This document shows, one piece after another, positions 50,501 to 64,000 of a stretch of 64,000 nt of DNA. The first letter of the stretch is position 1, and every line of letters begins with the position of its first letter. Origin of the DNA: Trichoplax adhaerens (lineage: Eukaryota > Animalia > Placozoa); contig NW_002060947.1 in assembly GCF_000150275.1 (NCBI RefSeq), forward strand, positions 418,695 to 482,694, written 5' to 3'. The notes under the pieces are model-generated. The model was not told where the DNA came from and did not search any database. It was given only the letters and a program-made list of their open reading frames with translations. The position numbers and the translations under genes were made by a program.

Positions 50501-51693
50501 ATTTTAAAATTACGGTTCTTATTGTAAGGAATGAACGAAGCGGTTACAACACGGTCGATCAACAGCAACATAAGTAATGGGTTCATAAATCAAACTGCCA
50601 TAATTATCAACCGAAGCAAGGTTAAGCATTGAAAACAGGCTGAAGGCAGCATCGGTGATTCATTCTAGTACTAGTTAGCAGATTAGTTGATTGAAAAATT
50701 CAGCCATGGCTACATTATGAATATACTGGGCTAATTCATCGTAGCACGTTTCAAGGAAAACTGTGGAACATACAGTATATTACTGTACTCTATAAAACAA
50801 CGTCAAGCACTTGTCGTTTTAAAACTAGCCACTTTCCTGTAGACGCACTGTTCGGACTGTGCCATGCAGTTTAGTTTGCATCTGTATTACGCAAGTGCTT
50901 CAATATCTTCAAGTGGAAATAGCACTAAGGACAGAAAAATTTAAAACAACAGAGACGCCAAGATGTCTTGCTACGGTATCCTTAATTCAGCTAAGCATAC
51001 ATACAAAGCGCTAAATTGCAGAGGGCTATATCAACGATCATTAATCGCAACTTCACCTAGATTTCAAGTCTGTAAACGACAGTACCGTACAAGCATCAAG
51101 ACTGATAGTTACAATTTTAGAGCCCAGGCAACTGTTTTAAGCAAGCCGTGTCTTGAAGAATTCATACCTAGCTAGAAAGTGTTACTGTAGTGACAATGAA
51201 TCGACTTGAATCTGAACTAGATAATCGTCACAAAGCCTGAATCAACTTGATCTATAGACTAGAACTCATCTATAAGCAGCCAAAATCTGATTCATCAAAC
51301 AAAATCAACGTTCTTATTGTTAAAAGACTTAAATACAACACTGTGTTCTTTCACGGCGTTATCGAACTCAAATCAGCCACCATTCCATTTCAATGGTTTA
51401 GGAGTTGAGTATTCCTTTCTAGCTAACAGTACATGCGAACCTTAGCCGATCATTTCTGACAACACATACTAGCTGTGCTAAATCTGAATACCGTACTAAC
51501 AACAACAGTTGGAGATTGTACTTACATCCGATTCTCTGGTTAATTTAAGATGACGTTGAGCAACTGTTCGTTGAATCCTTTTCGAGTAACTGGCGTTGGA
51601 AGCTTGACGATGACATCTTGTGCCATCATCCACTAGACAGCATATTCGATACTCATCTGAGCGACCATCGAGATCGCTATTACTATCATTCAT
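47553..51693 (-). CDS. SAP30: Sin3-HDAC complex subunit SAP30/SAP30L, 4 exons, 164 aa
   Basis: Exons 51693-51526, 48316-48212, 48018-47920, 47675-47553, all phase 0. Zinc finger [21 protein letters not shown]...HIYICDHHK; Sin3-binding [29 protein letters not shown]; YFIYMVK. Confidence 0.95.
49087..49550. repeat. Four-copy minisatellite (117/117/114/~117 bp) in SAP30 intron 1, each unit with a hairpin
   Basis: Units start gtagaat at 49087, 49204, 49321 and 49435; each contains aatc..tcgtagc-(a/t)tga-gctacga-ttgatt. Confidence 0.92.
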
Positions 51694-52370
51694 TGTATCA
51701 ATATTCTTTATCGGACCAATGATGAATCAAGTGGGGTAGCGATGGTGATAATAATCAGATGGTCTCAAGACCGATCGATGTTTTGAATAGCTGTGAATGA
51801 AAATGAAATTATTACTACTACGATGACGGTTCTCCACGCAGAAAATGGCTACGTAGCTGTTTACGATCGATGCAAACCAATGAGGATGAGAATGGACCGC
51901 TTCTATTTCAATTGACGGTGGCTTTAGCCAGTGATGTCGTTTGTATTAAGCGCTAAATGGGACCAAAGTACTATATAGTATGTACAGTAGAAAGGCTAGA
52001 ATGCGCGGCACTCACTTGTTCAAAGGTCTGTTGTTGTCCGTCCGTCTACCCATCTACTTGTGGACGTCATGAAAAGGAAAAAAGCATCTTTGTTGGTTTA
52101 TAATTATAATTCAAGCTGCCGTTTCACAAACTTGCACCTCATCAAGTTATCGTGATCAATTAATCTCGAAAACTGTGCCCTCCATCATCTTGGCATGAAA
52201 TAAGTCTACTTTACTCCATGGAGTTAAGGTATGGCAAAGTATAATATGAGTGTTTTAGATTAGCACTTTCCCAACATGTTCATGTCATTGCAATCACCAG
52301 CATGTGCATTGCGCAATTTGTGCTTGGAGCAGCCCATGCTACTCGCTGGAGCACTTTAAATGTCCGAATT

Positions 52371-52738
52371 ATACTGTACTGTACAGTGTACTGTACAGTA
52401 CTGTAATGTGCAAATTCAGTGTATGTACTGTACTGTACTGTACTGTACTGTACACTGTAGGTCACGATGTCCATCCGGATTTAGTTGGTACGGTGGAGCG
52501 CACGTGACAGTGTACTGTACTGTACTGTACGTGGTACTGTACCTTACGAGTTACTGAATACTGTACTGTACTGTAATGTGCAAATTCAGTGTACTGTAGG
52601 TCACGATATCCGTCCGGATTTGGTTGGTACTGTACTGTGGCGCACGTGACAGTGTGCTGTACTGTACAGTACAGTAAATGATCAGGCCTACAGTACCCTA
52701 CTGTACAGTGTACAGTACACTGTACTGTACACTGCACA
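52371..52738. repeat. TA(CAG|CTG)TA arrays within a duplicated unit in the divergent SAP30/WD40-gene promoter; each copy carries a CACGTGAC E-box
   Basis: Unit tactgtaatgtgcaaattcagtgta...ggtcacgat..ccggattt.gttggta...cacgtgacagtgt at ~52399 and ~52569; E-boxes at 52501-52508 and 52643-52650. Confidence 0.88.
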
Positions 52739-52794
52739 GACTACATGACCGAAGGACTATAATACTATGTATGTATTATTGACCGCCGACGTCG

Positions 52795-52807
52795 GTTACT
52801 TAGCAAC
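52795..52807 (+). promoter_or_regulatory. RFX X-box motif
   Basis: GTTACT-T-AGCAAC fits GTNRCY-N(0-3)-RGYAAC, about 290 bp upstream of the WD40 gene ATG and upstream of a 5'UTR acceptor at 53094-53095. Confidence 0.65.
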
Positions 52808-53097
52808 AGAGATTTGAAATAAAGTTGTATCGTTCTTTGGAAGTAATAGCAAATCAAGTAACCATTGCTGTATAGAATATTATTAATAGATGATATACTC
52901 CAGTAATAATCATTGTACTGTTTTGTTAGTTTACCATACTGGTAACAGTGATTGATTCTATTGATACAAGGGGCAAATATTATGGCATAACATGCTTTGA
53001 GTAATGCTTGGTGTTGTACTCGATCTACTTCTAAAATATTAGACTGCCTTCCAAATTATTATCATTGCTCTATTTTAATTTATGTACACTTACAGCG

Positions 53098-56000
53098 ATG
53101 TCGGTCCTAATCTCAAGACGAAAACAACGGCCTTCTTCAGCATCTGCTGCTTTACAAACCCATTTTAGTCGTCAAACCGTTACCATAGACGATATACGTC
53201 CTGCAACATCTATCCCTACATCCAGAAATTTAAGAAACAACGTCCGAAATCAGCAAACCCCTATTGGAACGAAAACTCGAACACAACATAATAATGCAAT
53301 TAATGGTTGGACTAGTATTGTTCCTATGCAGACAAACAGCCGTACGCAGCGTAGGATAACATTAAGTACCGTTAATAATGTTTCCATATCGACTAATACT
53401 AGGTCACGTCCTACTACTGCAGCATCATCTAAAATTAAGGTAAGATGCATCTCATGCCTGTTGTACCTTCAAGGAATACTGTCATATTTTAAACACTCTT
53501 ATACTAAATCTATCATCAGGTCAATCACCTTTTATCAAATTTGTTATTGCTTATATAAATGATATCATATGATTGCATCGAACGAAGGATTTATATCTCA
53601 TTATATAAAGTTGTTAAATAACTATAAATCAACAGTTGACTGGTTCAGTTACAACTTATGACGCTATACAGTACGGTATAATAACCGTGTGTTTTCCACT
53701 GATGCAGTATATCATGATTTTTTAATGATATAATTGTCTGCGTTTTCCAATATACCTGAAACGATATTAATTTGCCAATTTGTAATCCTAAATCCGCGCT
53801 ATAAGGTACTGTAACAGAGTCGACAAACTAGTAATTGAATAGAATTAGATGATTGCGAAATTAATTAAAACAGCGTTACACTACGATATAATTCTACGGG
53901 TTTTGTACGATAGGTCGTAACATTATAAATTTTTTTAATATAATTTTATAGCAAAATGTAGATAGCATTTATAATAATGAGTGAATCACCCTAGCATATA
54001 TCAATGCAAATATGCTGAAACTGCTTTTAAAATAAATTAGCATAATTTTCGATTCAGCTAAAATTGATGGAATGTCGATGAAGTAGAATATATTGTCATA
54101 AAAACGTCCTATATTAAGAATATATGATAAGAAGCGGATACTTACTTAAAGTAAAATAATAGTATGAAATACTTTCAATCAGTGTATTACTTCATAAATG
54201 TGTGTCTCTTCAGATATAGTGTTAAAGCCTTTTACGTTAGATCAATTTGTACTGAAATTAAAAAAAATCAGTTACTATTTCCGTTGCTATGGATTGGTCA
54301 AGTTGTAACCTGATAACACTCTGTATTTTGTCCATGACTGTTATTTACTTGTGCTACTGTGTGAATTGTTATCTTTTGCGAATCATAAATTTAAATGCAC
54401 CTAGTACATCATCGATCATCTTATGCAATGACATCACTTCACTCCGAATTATTATTCCAGTATCAAATCCAGCATATTTGATCAGTATCTCCTACGGTGT
54501 ATAATGAAAGCCCTTATATACTCAAATATATTAGTATTAAATTTGGTATGAAAATGAAGACTGCCGTTAGCTATGATAATTACATTAATAGCTATTAACA
54601 ATAGCTCACTTTTTAAGATTTTCTAACACTAATGATACCAATACGCCATCTGCCAACTATATTATTGAAAATACATACCCTCATCAATTTTAACGAAGTT
54701 ATTGTTTAAAGCCGAACCTGATTGATCAATTTAACTAATTAATATTTTTAAGAGTGACATAATTATTATCAATTGATGCATGTCAAACTAGTTTTATTTC
54801 ATTAAACAATTTATATAGTTCAAATGTAGAAGCTCAAAGCAACTACGCCATAGTCAATTTAAATTATTCCAAGCAGTTCTGATCATTGTTAGGTATTTCC
54901 AAAACATTACGATCATAACGTCAGTTAAGTAATGGCTTTTAAAATAAAGTCGAGAAAAGTTTATCAAGAAACCAATAGATATGGCTATTACATTAAAGTA
55001 AATATCATTGATGCTTATATCATTATATACGTAAACTACCTCTTTTTCGTAATTTTATTATTTCACCCATCATATCCTTGGCCATTTTCTATATATTTTC
55101 TCGTCGAATTGTATCCTTGCCCATTTCCTATATATTTTCTTCAAGAACTGTATATAATTAGCACATACGTTAACCTTCTTTCCAACTTCATTGTATGTTG
55201 CGTCTCATAATTTCATGCTAGTTTGTTTAATTCAAGAACAATTTAATAATTGCGGATGTAAGAAATGTTAATTTGGGTAACACGCTGACGTAATATTGCC
55301 CGATAAAATTGAAGAGCGTCACAATTATTTGCAAAAGTTTATATTGTAATTTTGTTTTTAAATGAATTACGAACGGTATTGTATCGTTTTATTACATACT
55401 TTTTATCTTATTTAGCTCGAGGAATACGTCAATTTGGACCATCTCCATATCCTAAAAAGTGCATTCGACGTAAGGGCATTTTTAAATTCATAAAAAAATA
55501 TACATCCCTAGAAGTAACAAATCAAATCTAGTAAATTATAAAGCGATCTTGATCTCTAATTTTTTGAATACTTAGGCCAATGCCAATAAAGGAAGAATAT
55601 TAACTAAAAAAGAATTTATTAGAGTATTTGGCTCATTAGCTGGTCTTCAAGGAAATGTAAATTTTAAAATACAATAATAAAGCTATAATATTATAAACAA
55701 ATCAAGTCATATTATGGTACTACCCTATTTATATAAAGCAAATAGAATACGTAAATGTTATTAAGAGAACTACGTTATAGCTTACTGTAATGATGATGAC
55801 ATCACTGAGGATTTTTCAATATTATTGTCAGAATAATGAACAGATCGAGCTACTTTTCATGAAAATTGATTCTTGCTGCAATGACTATATAAGTTGGGTA
55901 AGATATATGCGTACGGAAAAATAATTCTTTAATAGTCAGAGAATCGTAACGAGTAGTAATGTACACCAATGTAACTGCTTATTATCTGAATCGAAAATTA

Positions 56001-59000
56001 AACAATATTAAGCCATACTTTTTTTTAATATAGAACGAATTTTGCACTTATATGCAATTAGAATACGCTGAGAAAGAGGATGCTTATCTTCATGGGAAAG
56101 AAGTTAGACTTGTGTTTATTTTACCTGAACGAATTTTGTATTTAAAAATCGCTTGCTTTAGCCACTTAAGAAGCATAGTCGCTACTTTTTGATGTTTTAT
56201 ATATCATCAATGTCTTTAAGAAAATGAAATATCCTCAAGTTCTTATGATCAATTCTTAATATCTTAGGTTGACTTTACTGTTCCGGCAGTAACATCAAAC
56301 ACCCCACATCGAGAACAATTTTTGAGAATATTAAATACCAGTGACAATAATTTCGTTATAATGAGCCAAGTAAGTTTTTATCTTCGTCGATGTAAATTAA
56401 TCAATTTCTTATCATAAGAGAGGTAGGATTTTCGATCGAATTCTTTGATTTTGCAGTCGTGCTATATTCATTAGCATCTATATCTGTATAAATTTAAATT
56501 TAGTATCAGCACGTTACTCGATAAAATTTATTTTTAGCCAGAATCCGTTACTTCAAATTTTATTTATCATTATTTCAGTAATATAGATATGGAATAAAGG
56601 CACTGAATAATTTAATAATTAACTAAAAAAAATTGAAAATACTGTTCTGCTTTGAGTTTAGATTTGCAACTTTGATCAAAGATTGATTTAGCATGCATGA
56701 TATTTGCGTTACGATTTATTTCTATGGCGTCACAATGGTTTCAGTGATAACAACATTGCTACTCTATATAACTCTGTTTCATTTATTATTATGAAAATTT
56801 TTTATTCTTTTGATTTTAGACTCTCCTGCAGTTAGATAGAGTCAATAAACAAAAACTATTATACTATTACTACTGACATTTGTTTCTTTTCAACTAGTTC
56901 TAAAAATAATTATCAACAGTTTTTTACGCTGGACTATTATGCTATTTTAGTGCTATTTCTGTAGCATAGCGTCTAGTATAATTGACTAAAGATTTCCTAA
57001 ATTTCGTAGTACTGCGATGGCATTACAGATAAATACTAAAAAAAATTGGAAATTATCCAATTTTTGGTTCTTATATAACATATATATATATATAAATGTT
57101 ATAAAAAACTGTCTGTAATCACGGTTGAATGCGCCATCGAGATTAGTACACTATATTCTCTTTCTCCGAATACGTTATGAATAATATAAACATTGGATGT
57201 TTATCAAATCTATTTAGTACAAGTAGCTCGAGTGTGTTGATGCAGGTCCAAGTACAAAAGTGAATTCTTTTACTACCGTTAATTTCCTGAAATTACTATT
57301 AAAAGTTTTCATTTTATTTTATTCTTACGTAACTTCTTATAATTGGTAAATATGAATTGATGCCATATTCTGATCGATGATCAACGAAAAATTTTCATTT
57401 CTCAGTATTGCAATATTAGCAGCGATGACTGTTAATGTCGATAGAATGGTATTCGATGTTGTAGCATTAGTAATAGTGACTATTAATACTAACGGAATAA
57501 TTTTTGGTATTGCAACATTACTAATAATGACTATTAATGTCGATAGGATGGTATGATTACTTTTTGGGGGGCGGACTTAAAATTGAAGCGCAGCCGCAAT
57601 GTAAGCGCTCGAGTTGGATTTGTTCTAAATTTAAGAAATTGTTTAGAAAATAATTTAAACTAATAAGATATCTCCTTTTGTTATATCAAGATTACTCAAG
57701 ATTTAACCAAGTCAAAGTCCAAGTGGATAACCGATTTTACACTGATGCCACAATATAATAAAATTGTTACTTCAACAGGGTAAGTCTCTATATAATGAAT
57801 AATGTCACAATTATACATATATTTATTAAACATCTATCTAAATTTCGCCACTAAGAACGCGTTTCTAATATATTTTGACGTGTTGCAAGACTAAATTTAC
57901 AATACACTAGATATATTGTGAATATATCCCTATTAGATATTTAATTGTATGCTTATTCGCAATTAGAGTAGACAGTTTTTCCATTAATTAAATATCTATA
58001 ATCACGAGTAATTTAGCTATAACCAATTACTGTTTAATTCGCTTTTATCTTTCTACTATAATTTGCAAATCCTAGCAGAATGCAAATCTTACTCGATTAT
58101 TTGTTAATAATTATAATTTTTCATTTTTGTCACTAGATATACACGATTTTAGCTAAATAAATTTTGTAATATCAAGCGTACCAAGATATCATAATAGAAA
58201 GTTTAACTTGACTTGCTTCATAATTTTATTTATAGATTCTAATTATTACAAATACATTCAATACTCTTATTCTAAAAAAGGCTAAAAATTAACTAGAATT
58301 AATTGTTATTTTGCTTTACATTATATTTTGCTACCAGAGATCGTGAAATTCAATTTTACGAAATGTCTACATTTGAGCCTTACTGCCAAATCAGTGGATT
58401 AGACAGTGTTCCGCTAAAAATCGATTACTGGTATGTTTAATATAAATCATCATGAATTTACGACTCTAAACAGTAGAAGCGTAATATTTTTTCTGTCCTG
58501 ACCTGTTTACTTTCTTGCTGGACGCTATTCTAATTATTATAACGTTGAAGGAAATTCGCGCGCTTTCATTACATTTATAATAAATGCTATAACCTGTATC
58601 TAGTAAGCAACCATATATTATTTATGATTCGACATTATAGGGGTTCAAGATCTACCGATGAATGTTATGTGCTATATGGTGATGTCCAGGTAAGTCTAAC
58701 ATGGCCTTCAAGTTAATATAATTAAATCTGTTTTTTAAATGATTTTTCCTCCTATGCATTCATCGTTAGGGCTGCATTAATGTAATACAAATTGCATCTG
58801 CTGGAGAAACTCTAAGGTTCGCTCCTTAATTTTTTCAACGTACCTATTCTGAGTAATTTCTTACCCAAAACCATCACATGATCATCTATAATGTAGAACC
58901 TGGAAAAAGAGTCCCAAAAGTGACGGTATTGCAAGTGTTAATTTGGAAAGGTTAGTAAATAATTATGGTCGTTTATAAATGAGATTAATTTCTATTTGCC

Positions 59001-62000
59001 AACACCTATGCTTTTCATTGAATGATTTAGAGAGGTGACAAGATCAAGTAATATTAGGTTTTCTAGGTAAATAAAGGTAGTAAATAATAAAGAAATGATC
59101 AAAATCCGTAAGCTGTAACCAGATATTTAAGATTTACTGGTTTATAGTTATAGTAAATGATCAGCTAGTATTTGTTAGTCATCTTCGTATGTAGAAAAGG
59201 CTTAAAATAATGACTCTTAAGACTCAAGCGCAAGACTAAAGTTGATGTTCCTGTTATTATAATTTAATAGGTGGAAAGTGCATAATGATTGGGTTGGTCA
59301 GGTGAGTTACTTTGATGCCTACTAATCGGTTTTACAAAGGGTTCGCTAAACCTCTTGATTAATTTCGTCGGGTGAAACTACTTTTGATTTTTATATTGTT
59401 GGCACAGTTTTGCGTCTTAATATGTTTTGTGTTTAGTAAGGTTATACTGTTTGGTCAATATTTATATCTAGCGTAATATGAAATTACTAATTAGCAATAA
59501 GCCGCTTTGGATGGCTATTAGACAGACAATTTCTTAGAAATTTCAAATTTCTGTTACACATGTAATAGAAATAAGTCTGATGGATGAGTCTATTTCCGTA
59601 TGGAATTTAATGCTCCCTAGAAATAGAACAAAACATAAAATATCTTCGTTTTGATGTTACGTCTACAATTGTTACATATCTATTATACCTTGTTATAATA
59701 ACATTTAGCTTACTTGTTTGACCTATTTTGCGTTTAATAGATTTAGTGATAAACGGCGATGTTCTTAATTTATCTATCTATCTACTAAATTTATTAATCA
59801 TCGCATTATTTTTCTACTGATAGTTAAACTATTATGAATCCATCCAATCGGTCATTTCATGTTCTAATGATGATACAAATGCCTTAGTAATAGGTAAATT
59901 GATTTATTATTATTGGCGTAAACGTAAAATATATCATAGCTATTTTTAAAAGCGATGTTGTTGTAATACTTGTAATACTATCTTTTTATTAGGGAGCTTA
60001 CAAAGTAGCACTAAAGTTGACTCTCAGTTACGTGAAATATATTACTCGGTTAATAGTCGCCACCGCATACAACAATCTAATTACATTATGGGATCGCAAC
60101 CAAAACGAAGAAGTGATAGCGATCAGACTGTATTTAAAATCTATAAAGGTGTCAAGACATTCGATTTTTCCAAACAAAAAAATTTAATTGTCACTGGAGG
60201 TAAACGAAACGATAATAATATTAACTAATTTTAATGTATAACTATTTAACAGACTTTACTTCTATACTAAAATAATTAAATTTAAAAACACAGGAATGGA
60301 TAGAATCATTCGCACATGGAATCCTTATGTTGCAAAGTCAGAAAATATTAAAGCGTTATCATTTATCAAAGTTATATAGGAATTTAAAATGATTTATTTA
60401 TCTCTATTACAGTAAACCTACCGGGATGCTTAGAGGCCACAATGCTCCAATAAATTACATAAAAATAAGCTCTGATGAAGGCCGTGTTTTTAGTGTTTCT
60501 ACCGACAAGACAATACGGGTTAGAACATGTCATAGCCGTTGCAGATTAATTTTTAGTTAGGCAATACATGCCTATATACCGTTTACACTTCATGAATAAT
60601 TATATAATCTACTAGTGAATTCATTCGAAATACATTTATATTCTCTAAAATGTAATTTGTAAATAGATCTGGGATTTACAGGACCACACATGCTTGCATA
60701 TCGTTAGACCAAAGGCTCATAAAATTAGAGGCGATATACAGGGTAATAATATTTTTATTTACTAACTAAGCAGTGATGTTGAACTTTTAACGTAGTCTGT
60801 GACGGATATTTCAAACTGAGAGAAATTAAAGTGTCAATAACGTCTGTCTTAATTCACTTTAGTTGTTCATTATAACACACAAAATCGAACCATTGCTATA
60901 GCCACAGATTTGCTTGCTTCCATGACTTTAAAGTGCAAGTATGCTATCAACTGACATTTAAAGCTAACATATGTGGACTTTGTAAATTTTGTATGTGTTG
61001 CTTTTACTAATGTTGGATTGAATTATGTAGAACTATTGTAGTCGATATGGCAACGTCGCATAAAGAAGCTATCACGGCTATAAAATATAACTCTAGCTTT
61101 AGACAGATTGTGACTGCATCCGATGGTTCAGTAAGTACAGTTAAAGGGAATCATTTCGATAACGATAACTATCAAGATTTATCTTATGCATCTAAAGAAA
61201 TCTTTATATTAATAAAAGTATACCTCTTATATTCTAATGTAAATACTGAATGCTTTGCTGTCAGGTTGTTCGCGTTTGGGATATAGAAACGGGTAATTTA
61301 CTTTTTGAATTTACCCAAGCTCACGGTACATCCGCAATTACAGCAATCACATTTGATTCATCTGGTAGAAGGTAAATGCAAAATTGAGCATAATCTTTCA
61401 CTATTTTTGCAATGTCTGTGGCTATATGTAAATCTAATTTTCAATTGAATGTTTCTTGCTGTCCATGTAGATTAATTACTGCAGGAAGAGACGGCTGTTT
61501 AAGAATATGGAATTATAACAATGGACACTGCTTACGAATTTTAAGGAAGGGTAAGAGCTAATATCCAATTTGATTGGACGAATACTTCGACATAGCAAAA
61601 ATAAGCTTAACATGTAGTATTCAAAGACTAATTCTGTTATATAACGTGTGAAATTCGGTTTACAAAAGTGGTTGTATATCGATGGTTTAGAATAAGTAAT
61701 GACTACTTTTCGATGGTTAAATAGCAACTATGAATATATGCGAAATCATTTTTTCGCAACCACCTTATCATTATGATTTACATATAATTCTGTAACTGAA
61801 CGTGATTTATTAGCGTAAATGGTAACATACATTACCCTTCTTTTATGAGTAAGGAATCGGCTACTTATTACGTAAGAATCTTTATTCAATATAACTGAAT
61901 TACAGTACGAATTATAATAGTACAGTAGACTATGCCAGAATCATCCTTATTTTTCAGTACGACAATAGCCATTTAAAATAAATAATGACATTGTGCTACT

Positions 62001-64000
62001 GAAAAGCGAACTCAATACTTTTTAATTCATTTGCTAAAAATTGTTTTACTTCCTCACAGATGGACGCAATCAAGAAATATCTGACATTACTTACTATACA
62101 CAAAATAAAAACAAGTTGGTTTATTCTTGTGAATGCATAAATGGAAGCTGCTTTTGAAATTTATTTTAATGAATCCATTTATTCTAATGTTAATTGCAGG
62201 CATATTGTATCGGTTGGTTGGGATAAAAGAATAAATATATACAATGTAAGATGATTAGCTGTCTAACTTTTGATCTTTATAAGAATTCAACCTTGAGGAT
62301 CATTATAAAGATTTCCGTTTATTCAGTATTAATATTCCTCAAAGATTCCGTAGCAGATAAATTTTTTAACTTCATTGCCCATCTACCATAATTAAGGACA
62401 ATCCGGATGATTTTCGATATGTCCAGCCACCTATGCCTTACTGGACAGAAGATACTGTATGAAGTTGCTTAAGATTAATTATCTTCTGTTTGTTAGTGTT
62501 TATATACCGATATTATATCGTGGTTTAATCATTAACAATAGATCAATGGCCATCAAGATGATATTCTTGGTATTGCTGTATGCTCACCGAATTTATTAGC
62601 TACATCGAGTTATAAAGGCAGGGTATGTGGCATATTGCTATTTTTTTACAAGCTATCTTAATTAACACCGGATTTTCAATAATTTGGTCTCCCTTTATTT
62701 TCCTTATATTCTATAAAATAAAGATAATTGTATGGAATTTGGTTTCTGGGCATATATTTTGTCGCTTGCAAGTACCATGTAAAGACTCTCAATATAAAGG
62801 TATTTGAATAAATTACTCGGCATAATGGGTGCTAAACCTATGCGAAGTCACGATTTAGTATTGCTATTCTTTATTTAATTAGCTGGTGAACAGAATGCCA
62901 TTACTAAGGTTACATTCCTTGGCACACGCTTGAATGATAAATTTTCTGCTATATTAGTCTCCAATGGACCTAACGGTAAATTCTTACTTTTGCGCTAAAA
63001 TATCAATCTGATATTAAAATAACTGTATTGATGCCAAAGATTAAGAATGCGATGTTAAAATAAATATTTAGGCTATATCCATTTTTGGAATGTCTATAAT
63101 GGTGGTGCTATTTATGCGTCTTTCAAGGCGGTAAGTCTGCAAAATCCAATCATTTAATCTTACTTTTGGAAAAATTATTTCCATATAATTAAAGATAATT
63201 TTATCTATCATCCACAATTTTTAATAAAAATTACAGACGGATTTTGATGAAATTGTGGCCATTGCCACCAATCATGATAACAGTAGATTATTTACCGCTG
63301 ACGCTAAAGGTAAGCATTAAATGTAGCGCAAATGTTAAAATTGCACGCATAACATAGAGTTCTTATAATTATCAAATTAGGTCAGGCATGATTTAAATTC
63401 TAATATTATATTTTAGGTTTTATTGGCACTTGGGATATCAAGACTTATGCGTCCGGTGGCAAAGAGTATATGCCACCAGATGGTATGTACAATATAAATT
63501 ATTATCATGATATCAGATTATTTATTATGATAGTATGATAATAATAAGAATTACTATTGTACCGTCTCTTAATTAGTGCTATATTCTTGGAGAGCTCATA
63601 CTCAAACTATAACATCGTAAGTTTACAACGAGTATTCTGCGTAAATCATCGTTGTCATCACTGTTAATGTGTTTGAAAATCTAAATTTTGAGGCCAAATT
63701 ACAATTTATAGGATGGATTTGATTGAATATCAGGAGGCTATTGCAACAGCATCAACTGATTGTACTTTGAGACTTTGGACCTACGAAGGGAAATATATTG
63801 GTAAATTTTGTTGCTTCACATAATTAGATAAACTAACAACAAAATTGATAACATTGATGCAGATAAATGGCTATTAACATCTCTCTTGCTTTAGGCACTT
63901 TTGGTCAACAAGAGAGCTGGGATATCTACGATCCAACATCCTATCAGAGCCCTATGGTACCTTATGATGTCTTAGTCGATCCTCAAAGTCTTCCTAATCA
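53098..64000 (+). CDS. EF-hand + WD40-repeat protein of the WDR49(CFAP337)/WDR64/WDR95/WDY type, multi-exon, 3' end outside the window
   Basis: Exon 1 53098-53439 (low complexity, phase 0), then LEEYVNLDHLHILKSAFD, EF-hand-like LFMKIDSCCNDYISWNEFCTYMQLEY, DGMITFW, KWITDF..NKIVTSTGDREIQFYE, VHNDWV, LIVTGGMDRIIRTWNPY, LRGHNAPI, SHKEAITAIKYNSSFRQIVTASDGSVVRVWDIETG, RLITAGRDGCLRIWNY, GHQDDIL, WRAHTQTITS, TASTDCTLRLW, GTFGQQESWD. Confidence 0.88.
57405..57552 (+). repeat. Three imperfect ~51-bp tandem units spanning a splice acceptor of the WD40 gene
   Basis: gtattgcaa.att...tgact.ttaatgtcgatag|.atggtat at 57405 and 57507, with a degenerate middle copy at ~57456; true exon 57547-57600 (DGMITFWGADLKLKRSRN). 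Confidence 0.75.

Noticed and set aside
52280-52737. Four overlapping short ORFs
   Set aside because: Same array artefact.

Overview
AT-rich eukaryotic (animal) genomic DNA with many short GT-AG introns. The compact, intron-dense architecture and gene content resemble an early-branching metazoan such as a placozoan (inference). Genes read by hand, in order: a CARD + NB-ARC Apaf-1/CED-4-like gene (-) that seems to lack the WD40 sensor; four paralogous class I SAM methyltransferases with intronless CDS and histamine-N-methyltransferase-like motifs (two on +, two on -, one frameshifted) flanking the multi-exon mitochondrial RNA polymerase POLRMT (+); an ATP8A-type P4-ATPase flippase (-) head-to-head with PTTG1IP (+); and SAP30/SAP30L (-) head-to-head with an EF-hand/WD40 gene of the WDR49/WDR64/WDY type (+, runs off the window) that has an RFX X-box. 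The most striking non-genic signal is dense arrays following the grammar TA(CAG|CTG)TA at all three conserved-gene promoter regions. These match stacked Tc1/mariner excision footprints, and paralogous copies in the window differ by exact CTGTA additions at TA sites. Other points: an old ~5-kb tandem duplication with a near-identical (gene-conversion-like) core, a GC-AG intron, a possible piggyBac-type MITE and several tandem repeats. Exon models are manual and untested against transcripts.
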